Source: Macrostomum hystrix (lineage: Eukaryota; Animalia; Platyhelminthes). Taken from it: a stretch of 64,000 nt of DNA. How positions within the stretch are numbered: position 1 is the stretch's first letter; every line of letters begins with the position of its first letter. A program made the position numbers and the translations under genes. Shown in pieces: positions 11,954-25,400 of this stretch. The stretch is from contig CATNEN010000038.1 of assembly GCA_950097015.1 (NCBI GenBank), forward strand, positions 8,556,001 to 8,620,000. The letters are read 5' to 3'. The notes beneath the pieces were generated by a model that was not told the origin of the DNA, did no database searches, and was given only the letters and a program-made list of their open reading frames with translations.

Positions 11954-12331
11954 ATGACGAAACCAAGACGCAATAATCTTTATACTCGTAATTTAAGGAG
12001 TCGGAACAGGAAACGAGATCAGGAGATCGAAAAAGATCAAAAGAAGATTCGTCGTAAGACCAAAATGACACCGACTAGAGAAGTAAAGTCCAGAAACAAG
12101 AGAAGTAAGAACGCGCCGCAGCCAAGGAATCGTTGGTGCAAAATCAAGGACATTGTCTGCAAAAGTAAGGAATTCCTCCAATCAAAAATAAGCAAAGGTA
12201 TCAAATACGTTTGCGAAAATCCTAAACAATGTTTAGAATCTTTGAATGAAATTATAGTTCAGTGTCATAAAGTAGCTCAGAATGGTAGAATACTATATGA
12301 GTTGCTTGTTGAGCCAGCCATGAAAAATTGA
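11954..12331 (+). CDS. Orphan intronless 125-aa protein with an Arg/Lys-rich N-terminal half
   Basis: Non-repetitive ATG-to-TGA ORF in AT-rich DNA with upstream TATA; no family recognised. Confidence 0.4.
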   Translation: MTKPRRNNLYTRNLRSRNRKRDQEIEKDQKKIRRKTKMTPTREVKSRNKRSKNAPQPRNRWCKIKDIVCKSKEFLQSKISKGIKYVCENPKQCLESLNEIIVQCHKVAQNGRILYELLVEPAMKN

Positions 12332-12494
12332 TAAATTGATAAAACTGATTTCAAAAAAAAAAATGTAAGAAAACGTCAAAAGAAATCAGTTTCAAAGAAA
12401 ACAAATAATAGCTGGGAGTAAAAACTAAGTCGTTACATTTGGCTTTAGAGACAAAATACAAATTGTATTCTAATACGAAAGTAACGACCTAGCT

Positions 12495-12631
12495 GCGGAC
12501 CAAGCAGACAGCAGCCTTCACGTGGCGGTCCGTGTCAGTACCTCGGGGCGATGTCGCACGCTGTAAAATCAGAAGCGATCCGAGCTGAATGCAACTGCTG
12601 CCACTCGCCTCGAGGGAAGCCAATCGCTGTC
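12495..12631 (+). ncRNA. HDV-like (CPEB3-type) self-cleaving ribozyme
   Basis: P1 GCGGACC 12495-12501 / GGTCCGT 12527-12533 (G1-U wobble); P2 GACAGCA 12507-12513 / T(C)GCTGTC 12624-12631; P3 GCC/GGC around L3 TTCACGT; J1/4 GTCAG; P4 CCTCGGGGCGA 12541-12551 / TCGCCTCGAGG 12605-12615; J4/2 GCCAA with putative catalytic C12620. Confidence 0.85.
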
Positions 12632-12669
12632 TAAATTGCAGTTTCGACAATCAGATGACCCTTTTAATT

Positions 12670-12919
12670 TTCCTGTCTTCTCTCTACTGCCTCCTGCTTC
12701 CTGTCTAATCTCTACTGTCTCCAGTCTTCTTGTCTCCTTGTCTCCTTTCTCCTCTCTCCTGTCTTACCTCTACGGCCTCCTGTCTCCTTGTCTCCTTTTC
12801 TCCTTTCTCGTCTCTCCTGTCAATCTCAAGGGTCTCCTGTCTCCTTGTCTTTAAGTCTCCTTCTCTCCTGTCTACTGTCTTCTGTCTTCTGCCCATTGTA
12901 TCCTGTATCCTGTCTCTTT

Positions 12920-12953
<34 letters not shown>

Positions 12954-12986
12954 TTTCTTCTCCTGTCTCCTGTCTCCTGTCTCTTT

Positions 12987-13020
<34 letters not shown>

Positions 13021-13053
13021 TTTCTTCTCCTGTCTCCTGTCTCCTGTCTCTTT

Positions 13054-13087
<34 letters not shown>

Positions 13088-13585
13088 TTTCTTCTCCTGT
13101 CTCCTGTCTCCTGTCTCTTTCTTCTCCTGTCTTCCGTCTCTTTCTTCTCTTGTCTCCTGTCTCTTTCTTCTCCCGTCTTCCGTCTCTTTCTTCTCTTGTC
13201 TCCTGTCTCTTTCTTCTCCTGTCTACTGGCTCCTTCTCCTGTCTCCTGTCTCCTGTCTCTTTCTTCTGGTAAGACATGTGTCTCCTGTCTCCTGTCTCCT
13301 GTCTCTTTCTTCTCCTGTCTCCCGTCTCTTTCTTCTCTTGTCTCCTGTCTCTTTCTTCTCCTGTCTACAGGCTCCTGTCTCCTGTCTACTGTCTTCTGTC
13401 TACTGTCTCCTGTCTCCTATCTACTGTCTCCTGTCTACTGTCTACTGTCTTCTGTCTTCTGTCTCCTGTCAACTGCCTACTGTCTAATATCTACTGGCTC
13501 CTGTCTTCTGTCCCCTGTGTACTATCTCCTTGTCTCCAAATTGTCTCCTGTCTCTTTGACTTCCTGACTATCGTCTCCTTGTCAG
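12670..13585. repeat. Pyrimidine-rich satellite block (TCCTGTC / TCTACTGTC based)
   Basis: Tandem 7-bp-based units. Confidence 0.93.
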
Positions 13586-13689
13586 CCCTTGTACTAGGCG
13601 AGAGGGACTCACAGGACATTTGTTTTACTAAGTCTCCGCAAGCCGAATTCTATAGTACATTCAATATCCGTGCATGAGATGAGAAGACT

Positions 13690-13915
13690 CCACTGGAACA
13701 ATTTGTGTCCTTTAGCAAGACACTTAACTCTGCATTGCTTTCAGTTCACCCAGCTGTTAAATGGGTATCAGCATCAGCTGGGATAATTGAAGGTGGGTGT
13801 GGCCTCCTTGGACTGAACAGCCGTACGCAGCCTTCAGATGCGCCGCGCAATAGCTGCGGCTGTGCTGTCGGCTGCACATCTGGCCCAATTGAACCAGGTG
13901 TAATCAATAAAAAAT
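13690..13915 (+). mobile_element. CORE-type SINE family B, 5'-truncated copy
   Basis: TGTGTCCTTTAGCAAGACACTTAACTCTGCATTGCTTTCAGTTCACCCAGCTGTTAAATGGG resembles the MIR/CORE domain; body shared with 27795-28075 and 34598-34912. Confidence 0.75.
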
Positions 13916-14415
13916 TATGACTAATTAATAACTGTAATAAATAAAGTTATTATTTTTTTTTATTACAAATCCTTGACTGTTACATTTGATGTCCACGATA
14001 AATCAGCACTATTTTTTTTAATCTCAAAGTCATGAAACAAGCACTTAAATTATTAAATTATTAAATTATTAGTATCATAATATGAAACCAGCAGCCTTCT
14101 CAGTTTTTCGCGCTGTGTACATGAATTGTCTGTTTTAGCGTGAACTGCTGTTCCGATGTGTACATGTACTGTGCACGCACACTTTACACTGCTGTAAAGT
14201 CTCAAAGGCAATTCCGTGGCCAAGCCGTGGTCTGGCCTTGGAAATACCTCCGCAACATGGAACTGATCGAATAGAAAAGTTACGGGTCATTACCGTATCG
14301 TATAATCGCATTGTTTTTTTCACCGATGTCAAGAGCTGAGAAAACTGACACTCAAATGATTAACCCAGCAAATTTACACTTACTACCGATTCTGGTAGAA
14401 GCAAAAGTATTTAAG

Positions 14416-14476
14416 GCAGCGGTCGGCAAACTCTGGCCCGCACGCCAGATGCGACCCTCGAAGCTCCCAAATCCGG
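14416..14476 (+). mobile_element. Isolated hAT (Charlie-like) element end
   Basis: CAGCGGTCGGCAAACTCTGGCCCGCACGCCAGATGCGACCC resembles common Charlie-group termini; no partner end seen. Confidence 0.45.
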
Positions 14477-14479
14477 TAT

Positions 14480-15200
14480 CCTGTCTCATCTCTCCGCTGC
14501 CTCATCTCTCCGCTGCCTCATCTCTCCGCTGCCTCATCTCTCCGCTGCCTCATCTCTCCGCTGCCTCATCTCTCCGCTGCCTCATCTCTCCGCTGCCTCA
14601 TCTATCCTCTGTCTCATCTATCCTCTGTCTCATCTCTCCCCTGTCTGATGTCTCCCCCCGCCTCATCGCTCCTCTTTCTTATCTCTTCTCTGTCTCATCC
14701 CTCCCTGTCTCATCTCTCCCTGTCTCATCTCTCCGCTGCCTCATCTCTCCGCTGCCTCATCTCTCCGCTGCCTCATCTCTCCGCTGCCTCATCTCTCCGC
14801 TGCCTCATCTCTCCGCTGCCTCATCTCTCCGCTGCCTCATCTCTCCGCTGCCTCATCTATCCTCTGTCTCATCTCTCCCCTGTCTGATGTCTCCCCCGCC
14901 TCATCGCTCCTCTTTCTTATCTCTTCTCTGTCTCATCCCTCCCTGTCTCATCTCTCCCTGTCTCATCTCTCCCTGCCTCATCTCTCCCTGTCTCATCTCT
15001 CCGCTGCCTCATCTCTCCGCTGCCTCATCTCTCCCTGCCTCATCTCTCCCTGTCTCATCTCTCCCTGTCTCATCTCTCCCTGCCTCATCTCTCCCTGTCT
15101 CATCTCTCCGCTGCCTCATCTCTCCCTGCCTCATCTCTCCCTGTCTCATCTCTCCGTGTATCATCTCTTCCTGTCTCATCTCTACTGTCTCAGCTCTCCT
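14480..15200. repeat. 16-bp minisatellite (CTCATCTCTCCGCTGC) with 15-bp variants and a duplicated ~240-bp higher-order block
   Basis: Tandem periodicity; GATGTCTCCCCC...TCGCTCCTCTTTCTTATC occurs twice. Confidence 0.93.
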
Positions 15201-15797
15201 ACTCTCCTCAGCGGAATGCAAGGCTCTAAAATGTTAATAGACGAGACAAAAGTAAACGTTCGTTAATAAATTGAATATAATTCCTTTATTAATTCCTATA
15301 TGCAGCACTCAAGCAGCATTGGTTTCATAATTATGGCGTAGCCTACCTAAAGGACAATATAATAGCTATTGGTAACTAATTCCTCTTAAATCTAAAATGC
15401 TCTCGATAATATAACAGTAAGTGGAAATTACTCAGAGCGCCAAGACACAAATGATATGTATTCCTCAAATTTGAGCCCGTCTGTTTAATGCAATAGCCTA
15501 AGCCACCTCGAAGAGGGCAGTAGATTTATTGATTGATTTTGGATTATTGGTTTCCCACTTGATCCAAATTCCTAATTCGCTTTTAGATTCAGCAGACCAT
15601 TAAAGTTGAAAAGTCTGCGGTACTAGAGCTAGGAAACAGCTGTTTTTTTTACTCGTCTCTATGTTTCTGCTTACTAACTGGAATAAAGCTGAAAAGGAAT
15701 TGGCTGATCCTGTGTTTGCGGAGCGAATTCAATGCAATGCGAGCTCTGTTTAAGTTGAATATTCAGCGAAGTTATTTTCAGCTGCTTTAAAGTGTAA

Positions 15798-16447
15798 TAC
15801 TCAGCAACAGCTAAACCCCCCAACTCACGCTGTCACACGGCCAAAAAGTTTTGTATGCCATCGGTGACTCAGAAATGTGTGAAGGCTGCCGCCACCAAAT
15901 TACTCAGACGCGAGCGCAAAATGCGGCATGGGGGGTTTGGGGAGGGGTGGCGCAACTCAACCCACTGGTGGCTGCATTGCGCAATGGTAAACCATCAGTA
16001 GTTAAAGAGGAGGGTGCAAATCAATACGAGTATTACTTGAATTTGGCACAACAGCACACACCACAGTGAAAAGACGACAACGCTGCGCCACATCGAGCAG
16101 CACACGTGCAGCTGCTGAAGGAGCAGCTCGGCATTCGCACATTGAACTGGCCGTCAAAGTCTCCAGACATGAACCCCATCGAGCATGTCTGGGACTTTGT
16201 AAAGCGAAGAGTTCAGCAGGATGCCCCACAGAATGCTGAACAGTTGCGACTGGCGGTGCTGAATGCCTGGCAGCAGCTGCCCCAAGAGTTCATCAACCGG
16301 CTGGTGATCAGGATGCCACGACGAGTCACGGCACTTTTGCATGCTCGTGGTTCCTACACACGATACTGAGACTAGAATTAAAGACATTGCTTAACTTTTG
16401 TGTCCGTGTGACAGCGTGAGTTGGGGGGTTTTAGCTGTTGCTGAGTA
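15798..16447 (+). mobile_element. Internally deleted Tc1-family transposon (about 650 bp)
   Basis: About 53-bp TIRs (TACTCAGCAACAGCTAAACCCCCAACTCACGCTGTCACACGG and its complement at 16393-16447), right flank TA. Transposase C-terminus DDNAAPHRA...WPSKSPDMNPIEHVW...RGSYTRY at ~16073-16369. Confidence 0.92.
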
Positions 16448-16477
16448 TACTAAAATATACGAGGCGTACTCGCAGTG

Positions 16478-19400
16478 GACAGTAGACTGTAAGAGAGGAC
16501 CGTAGAGAGAAGACAGGAGAGAGGAGACAGAAGACAGTAGATAGAGGACAGTGGATAGAGGACAGTAGATAGGAGACAGTAGATAGAAGACAGGTGACAT
16601 GAGACAGCAGACACTAGAAATGATAAAGTAGAGAGGAGAGAGAAGACAGAAGGACAGAAGACAGAAGATAGTAGAAAGGAGACATTAGAAAGGAGATAGT
16701 AGAGATGAGACAGAAGACATGAGAGAGGAGACAGTAGATAGAAAACAATAGATAGAAAACAGTAGATATAAAACAGTAGATAGAAAACAGTAGATAGAAA
16801 ACAGTAGATAGAAAACAGTAGATAGGAGAAAGTAGATAGGAGACAGTAGATAGAAAACAGTAGATAGAAAACAGTAGATAGAAAACTGTAGATAGAAAAC
16901 AGCAGATAGGAGACAGTAGATAGAAAACAGTAGATAGAAAACAGTAGATAGGAGACAGTAGATAGAAAACAGTAGATAGAAAACAGTAGATAGAAAACTG
17001 TAGATAGAAAACAGTAGATAGAAAACAGTAGATAGGAGACAGTAGATAGAAAACAGTAGATAGGAGACAGTAGATAGAAAACAGTAGATAGAAAACAGTA
17101 GATAGGAGACAGTAGATAGAAAACAGTAGATAGGAGACAGTAGATAGAAAACAGTAGATAGAAAACAGTAGATAGAAGACAGTAGATAGAAGACAGTAGA
17201 TAGATAACAGTAGATGGAAGACAGTAGATAGAAAACAGTAGATAGAAAACAGTAGATAGGAGACAGTAGATAGAAAACAGTAGATAGGAGACAGTAGATA
17301 GAAAACAGTAGATAGAAAACAGTAGATAGGAGACAGTAGATAGAAAACAGTAGATAGGAGACAGTAGATAGAAAACAGTAGATAGAAAACAGTAGATAGA
17401 TAGAAAACATTAGATAGAAAACAGTAGATAGAAAACAGTAGATAGAAAACAGTAGATAGGAGACAGTAGATAGAAAGCAGTAGATAGAAAACAGTAGATA
17501 GAAAACAGTAGATAGAAAACAGTAGATAGAAAACAGTAGATAGAAAACAGTAGATAGAAAACATTAGATAGAAAACAGTAGATAGAAAACAGTAGATAGA
17601 AAACAGTAGATAGAAACCAGTAGATAGGAGACAGTAGATAGAAAGCAGTAGATAGAAAACAGTAGATAGAAAACAGTAGATAGGAGACAGTAGATAGAAA
17701 ACAGTAGATAGGAGACAGTAGATAGGAGACAGTAGATAGAAAACAGTAGATAGGAGACAGTAGATAGAAAGCAGTAGATAGAAAACAGTAGATAGAAAAC
17801 AGTAGATAGAAAACAGTAGATAGAAAACAGTAGATAGAAGACAGTAGATAGAAGACAGTAGATAGATAACAGTAGATGGAAGACAGTAGATAGAAAACAG
17901 TAGATAGAAAACAGTAGATAGAAAACAGTAGATAGAAAGAAAACATTAGATAGAAAACAGTAGATAGAAAACAGTAGATAGAAAACAGTAGATAGGAGAC
18001 AGTAGACAGAAAGCAGTAGATAGAAAACAGTAGATAGAAAACAGTAGATAGAAAACAGTAGATAGAAAACAGTAGATAGAAAACATTAGATAGAAAACAG
18101 TAGATAGAAAACAGTAGATAGAAAACAGTAGATAGAAACCAGTAGATAGGAGACAGTAGATAGAAAGCAGTAGATAGAAAACAGTAGATAGAAAACAGTA
18201 GATAGGAGACAGTAGATAGAAAACAGTAGATAGGAGACAGTAGATAGGAGACAGTAGATAGAAAACAGTAGATAGGAGACAGTAGATAGAAAGCAGTAGA
18301 TAGAAAACAGTAGATAGAAAACAGTAGATAGAAAACAGTAGATAGAAAACAGTAGATAGAAAACAGTAGATAGGAGACAGTAGATAGAAAACAGTAGATA
18401 GGAGACAGTAGATAGAAAACAGAAGATATAAAACAGTAGATAGGAGACAGTAGATAGGAGACAGTAGATAGAAAACAGTAGATAGAAAACAGTAGATAGG
18501 AGACAGTAGATAGAAAAAAGTAGATAGAAAACAGTAGATATAAAACAGTAGATAGAAAACAGTAGATAGAAAACAGTAGATAGAAAACAGTAGATAGGAG
18601 ACAGTAGATAGGAGACAGTAGATAGAAAACAGTAGATAGAAAACAGTAGATAGGAGACAGTAGATAGAAAACAGTAGATAGAAGACAGTAGATAGAAAAC
18701 TGTAGATAGAAAACAGTAGATAGAAAACAGCAGATAGGAGACAGTAGATAGAAAACAGTAGATAGAAAACAGTAGATAGGAGACAGTAGATAGAAAACAG
18801 TAGATAGAAAACAGTAGATAGAAAACAGTAGATAGAAAACAGTAGATAGAAAACAGTAGATAGAAAACTGTAGATAGAAAACAGTAGATAGAAAACAGTA
18901 GATAGGAGACAGTAGATAGAAAACAGTAGATAGGAGACAGTAGATAGAAAACAGTAGATAGAAAACAGTAGATAGGAGACAGTAGATAGAAAACAGTAGA
19001 TAGGAGACAGTAGATAGAAAACAGTAGATAGAAAACAGTAGATAGAAGACAGTAGATAGAAAACAGTAGATAGGAGACAGTAGATAGAAAACAGTAGATA
19101 GAAAACAGTAGATAGAAGACAGTAGATAGAAGACAGTAGATAGATAACAGTAGATGGAAGACAGTAGATAGAAAACAGTAGATAGAAAACAGTAGATAGG
19201 AGACAGTAGATAGAAAACAGTAGATAGGAGACAGTAGATAGAAAACAGTAGATAAAAAACAGTAGATAGGAGACAGTAGATAGAAAACAGTAGATAGGAG
19301 ACAGTAGATAGAAAACAGTAGATAGAAAACAGTAGATAGAAGACAGTAGATAGAAGACAGTAGATAGATAACAGTAGATGGAAGACAGTAAATAGAAAAC

Positions 19401-22400
19401 AGTAGATAGAAAACAGAAGATAGAAAACAGTAGATAGAAAACAGTAGATAGAAGACAGTAGATAGAAAACAGTAGATAGAAAACAGTGATGGAAGACAGT
19501 AGATAGAAAACAGTAGATAGGAGACAGTAGATAGAAAACAGTAGATAGAAAACATTAGATAGAAAACAGTAGATAGAAAACAGTAGATAGAAAACAGTAG
19601 ATAGGAGACAGTAGATAGAAAACAGTAGATAGAAAACAGTAGATAGATAGAAAACATTAGATAGAAAACAGTAGATAGAAAACAGTAGATAGAAAACAGT
19701 AGATAGGAGACAGTAGATAGAAAGCAGTAGATAGAAAACAGTAGATAGAAAACAGTAGATAGAAAACAGTAGATAGAAAACAGTAGATAGGAGACAGTAG
19801 ATAGAAAACAGTAGATAGGAGACAGTAGATAGAAAACAGTAGATAGAAAACAGTAGATAGATAGAAAACATTAGATAGAAAACAGTAGATAGAAAACAGT
19901 AGATAGAAAACAGTAGATAGGAGACAGTAGACAGAAAGCAGTAGATAGAAAACAGTAGATAGAAAACAGTAGATAGAAAACAGTAGATAGAAAACAGTAG
20001 ATAGAAAACAGTAGATAGAAAACATTAGATAGAAAACAGTAGATAGAAAACAGTAGATAGAAAACAGTAGATAGAAACCAGTAGATAGGAGACAGTAGAT
20101 AGAAAGCAGTAGATAGAAAACAGTAGATAGAAAACAGTAGATAGGAGACAGTAGATAGAAAACAGTAGATAGGAGACAGTAGATAGGAGACAGTAGATAG
20201 AAAACAGTAGATAGGAGACAGTAGATAGAAAGCAGTAGATAGAAAACAGTAGATAGAAAACAGTAGATAGAAAACAGTAGATAGAAAACAGTAGATAGAA
20301 AACAGTAGATAGGAGACAGTAGATAGAAAACAGTAGATAGGAGACAGTAGATAGAAAACAGAAGATATAAAACAGTAGATAGGAGACAGTAGATAGGAGA
20401 CAGTAGATAGAAAACAGTAGATAGAAAACAGTAGATAGGAGACAGTAGATAGAAAAAAGTAGATAGAAAACAGTAGATATAAAACAGTAGATAGAAAACA
20501 GTAGATAGAAAACAGTAGATAGAAAACAGTAGATAGGAGACAGTAGATAGGAGACAGTAGATAGAAAACAGTAGATAGAAAACAGTAGATAGGAGACAGT
20601 AGATAGAAAACAGTAGATAGAAGACAGTAGATAGAAAACTGTAGATAGAAAACAGTAGATAGAAAACAGCAGATAGGAGACAGTAGATAGAAAACAGTAG
20701 ATAGAAAACAGTAGATAGGAGACAGTAGATAGAAAACAGTAGATAGAAAACAGTAGATAGAAAACAGTAGATAGAAAACAGTAGATAGAAAACAGTAGAT
20801 AGAAAACTGTAGATAGAAAACAGTAGATAGAAAACAGTAGATAGGAGACAGTAGATAGAAAACAGTAGATAGGAGACAGTAGATAGAAAACAGTAGATAG
20901 AAAACAGTAGATAGGAGACAGTAGATAGAAAACAGTAGATAGGAGACAGTAGATAGAAAACAGTAGATAGAAAACAGTAGATAGAAGACAGTAGATAGAA
21001 AACAGTAGATAGGAGACAGTAGATAGAAAACAGTAGATAGAAAACAGTAGATAGAAGACAGTAGATAGAAGACAGTAGATAGATAACAGTAGATGGAAGA
21101 CAGTAGATAGAAAACAGTAGATAGAAAACAGTAGATAGGAGACAGTAGATAGAAAACAGTAGATAGGAGACAGTAGATAGAAAACAGTAGATAAAAAACA
21201 GTAGATAGGAGACAGTAGATAGAAAACAGTAGATAGGAGACAGTAGATAGAAAACAGTAGATAGAAAACAGTAGATAGAAGACAGTAGATAGAAGACAGT
21301 AGATAGATAACAGTAGATGGAAGACAGTAAATAGAAAACAGTAGATAGAAAACAGAAGATAGAAAACAGTAGATAGAAAACAGTAGATAGAAGACAGTAG
21401 ATAGAAAACAGTAGATAGAAAACAGTGATGGAAGACAGTAGATAGAAAACAGTAGATAGGAGACAGTAGATAGAAAACAGTAGATAGAAAACATTAGATA
21501 GAAAACAGTAGATAGAAAACAGTAGATAGAAAACAGTAGATAGGAGACAGTAGATAGAAAACAGTAGATAGAAAACAGTAGATAGATAGAAAACATTAGA
21601 TAGAAAACAGTAGATAGAAAACAGTAGATAGAAAACAGTAGATAGGAGACAGTAGATAGAAAGCAGTAGATAGAAAACAGTAGATAGAAAACAGTAGATA
21701 GAAAACAGTAGATAGAAAACAGTAGATAGGAGACAGTAGATAGAAAACAGTAGATAGGAGACAGTAGATAGAAAACAGTAGATAGAAAACAGTAGATAGA
21801 AAACAGTAGATAGGAGACAGTAGATAGAAAACAGTAGATAGAAAACAGTAGATAGGAGACAGTAGATAGAAAAAAGTAGATAGAAAACAGTAGATAGGAG
21901 ACAGTAGATAGAAAACAGTAGATAGAAAACAGTAGATAGAAAACAGTAGATAGAAAACAGTAGATAGGAGACAGTAGATAGAAAACAGTAGATAGAAAAC
22001 AGTAGATAGGAGACAGTAGATAGAAAACAGTAGATAGAAAACAGTAGATAGGAGACAGTAGATAGAAAACAGTAGATAGGAGACAGTAGATAGAAAACAG
22101 TAGATAGGAGACAGTAGATAGAAAACAGTAGATAGGAGACAGTAGATAGAAAACAGTAGATAGAAAACAGTAGATAGAAAACTGTAGATAGAAAACAGCA
22201 GATAGGAGACAGTAGATAGAAAACAGTAGATAGAAAACAGTAGATAGGAGACAGTAGATAGAAAACAGTAGATAGAAAACAGTAGATAGAAAACTGTAGA
22301 TAGAAAACAGTAGATAGAAAACAGTAGATAGGAGACAGTAGATAGAAAACAGTAGATAGGAGACAGTAGATAGAAAACAGTAGATAGGAGACAGTAGATA

Positions 22401-25400
22401 GAAAACAGTAGATAGAAAACAGTAGATAGAAGACAGTAGATAGAAGACAGTAGATAGATAACAGTAGATGGAAGACAGTAGATAGAAAACAGTAGATAGA
22501 AAACAGTAGATAGGAGACAGTAGATAGAAAACAGTAGATAGGAGACAGTAGATAGAAAACAGTAGATAAAAAACAGTAGATAGGAGACAGTAGATAGAAA
22601 ACAGTAGATAGGAGACAGTAGATAGAAAACAGTAGATAGAAAACAGTAGATAGAAGACAGTAGATAGAAGACAGTAGATAGATAACAGTAGATGGAAGAC
22701 AGTAGATAGAAAACAGTAGATAGAAAACAGAAGATAGAAAACAGTAGATAGAAAACAGTAGATAGAAGACAGTAGATAGAAAACAGTAGATAGAAAACAG
22801 TGATGGAAGACAGTAGATAGAAAACAGTAGATAGGAGACAGTAGATAGAAAACAGTAGATAGAAAACATTAGATAGAAAACAGTAGATAGAAAACAGTAG
22901 ATAGAAAACAGTAGATAGGAGACAGTAGATAGAAAACAGTAGATAGAAAACAGTAGATAGATAGAAAACATTAGATAGAAAACAGTAGATAGAAAACAGT
23001 AGATAGAAAACAGTAGATAGGAGACAGTAGATAGAAAGCAGTAGATAGAAAACAGTAGATAGAAAACAGTAGATAGGAGACAGTAGATAGAAAGCAGTAG
23101 ATAGAAAACAGTAGATAGAAAACAGTAGATAAAAAACAGTGATGGAAGACAGTAGATAGAAAACAGTAGATAGGAGACAGTAGATAGAAAACAGTAGATA
23201 GAAAACATTAGATAGAAAACAGTAGATAGAAAACAGTAGATAGAAAACAGTAGATAGAAAACAGTAGATAGAAAACAGTAGATAGGAGACAGTAGATAGA
23301 AAACAGTAGATAGAAAACAGTAGATAGATAGAAAACATTAGATAGAAAACAGTAGATAGAAAACAGTAGATAGAAAACAGTAGATAGGAGACAGTAGATA
23401 GAAAGCAGTAGATAGAAAACAGTAGATAGAAAACAGTAGATAGAAAACAGTAGATAGAAAACAGTAGATAGAAAACAGTAGATAGAAAACATTAGATAGA
23501 AAACAGTAGATAGAAAACAGTAGATAGAAAACAGTAGATAGAAAACAGTAGATAGGAGACAGTAGATAGAAAGCAGTAGATAGAAAACAGTAGATAGAAA
23601 ACAGTAGATAGAAAACAGTAGATAGAAAACAGTAGATAGGAGACAGTAGATAGAAAACAGTAGATAGGAGACAGTAGATAGGAGACAGTAGATAGAAAAC
23701 AGTAGATAGGAGACAGTAGATAGAAAGCAGTAGATAGAAAACAGTAGATAGAAAACAGTAGATAGAAAACAGTAGATAGAAAACAGTAGATAGAAAACAG
23801 TAGATAGGAGACAGTAGATAGAAAACAGTAGATAGGAGACAGTAGATAGAAAACAGAAGATATAAAACAGTAGATAGGAGATAGTAGATAGAAAACAGAA
23901 GATAGAAAACAGTAGATAGGAGACAGTAGATAGAAAACAGTAGATAGGAGACAGTAGATAGAAAACAGTAGATAGGAGACAGTAGATAGAAAACAGTAGA
24001 TAGAAAACAGTAGATAGGAGACAGTAGATAGAAAACAGTAGATAGAAAACAGTAGATAGAAAACAGTAGATAGAAAACAGTAGATAGAAAACAGTAGATA
24101 GAAAACAGTAGATAGAAAACAGTGATGGAAGACAGTAGATAGAAGACAGTAGATAGATAACAGTAGATGGAAGACAGTAGATAGAAAACAGTAGATAGAA
24201 AACAGTAGATAGGAGACAGTAGATAGAAAACAGTAGATAGGAGACAGTAGATAGAAAACAGTAGATAGAAAACAGTAGATAGGAGACAGTAGATAGAAAA
24301 CAGTAGATAGGAGACAGTAGATAGAAAACAGTAGATAGAAAACAGTAGATAGAAGACAGTAGATAGAAGACAGTAGATAGATAACAGTAGATGGAAGACA
24401 GTAGATAGAAAACAGTAGATAGAAAACAGAAGATAGAAAACAGTAGATAGAAAACAGTAGATAGGAGACAGTAGATAGAAAACAGAAGATATAAAACAGT
24501 AGATAGGAGATAGTAGATAGAAAACAGAAGATAGAAAACAGTAGATAGGAGACAGTAGATAGAAAACAGTAGATAGGAGACAGTAGATAGAAAACAGTAG
24601 ATAGGAGACAGTAGATAGAAAACAGTAGATAGAAAACAGTAGATAGGAGACAGTAGATAGAAAACTGTAGATAGAAAACAGTAGATAGAAAACAGTAGAT
24701 AGAAAACAGTAGATAGAAAACAGAAGATATAAAACAGTAGATAGAAAACAGTAGATAGAAAACAGTAGATAGAAAACAGTAGATAGAAAACAGTAGATAG
24801 AAAACAGTAGATAGAAAACAGTAGATAGAAAACAGTAGATAGAAAACAGTAGATAGGAGACAGTAGATAGAAAACAGTAGATAGAAAACAGTGATGGAAG
24901 ACAGTAGATAGAAGACAGTAGATAGATAACAGTAGATGGAAGACAGTAGATAGAAAACAGTAGATAGAAAACAGTAGATAGGAGACAGTAGATAGAAAAC
25001 AGTAGATAGGAGACAGTAGATAGAAAACAGTAGATAGAAAACAGTAGATAGGAGACAGTAGATAGAAAACAGTAGATAGGAGACAGTAGATAGAAAACAG
25101 TAGATAGAAAACAGTAGATAGAAGACAGTAGATAGAAGACAGTAGATAGATAACAGTAGATGGAAGACAGTAGATAGAAAACAGTAGATAGAAAACAGAA
25201 GATAGAAAACAGTAGATAGAAAACAGTAGATAGAAGACAGTAGATAGAAAACAGTAGATAGAAAACAGTGATGGAAGACAGTAGATAGGAGACAGTAGAT
25301 AGAAAACAGTAGATAGAAAACAGTAGATAGATAGAAAACATTAGATAGAAAACAGTAGATAGAAAACAGTAGATAGAAAACAGTAGATAGGAGACAGTAG

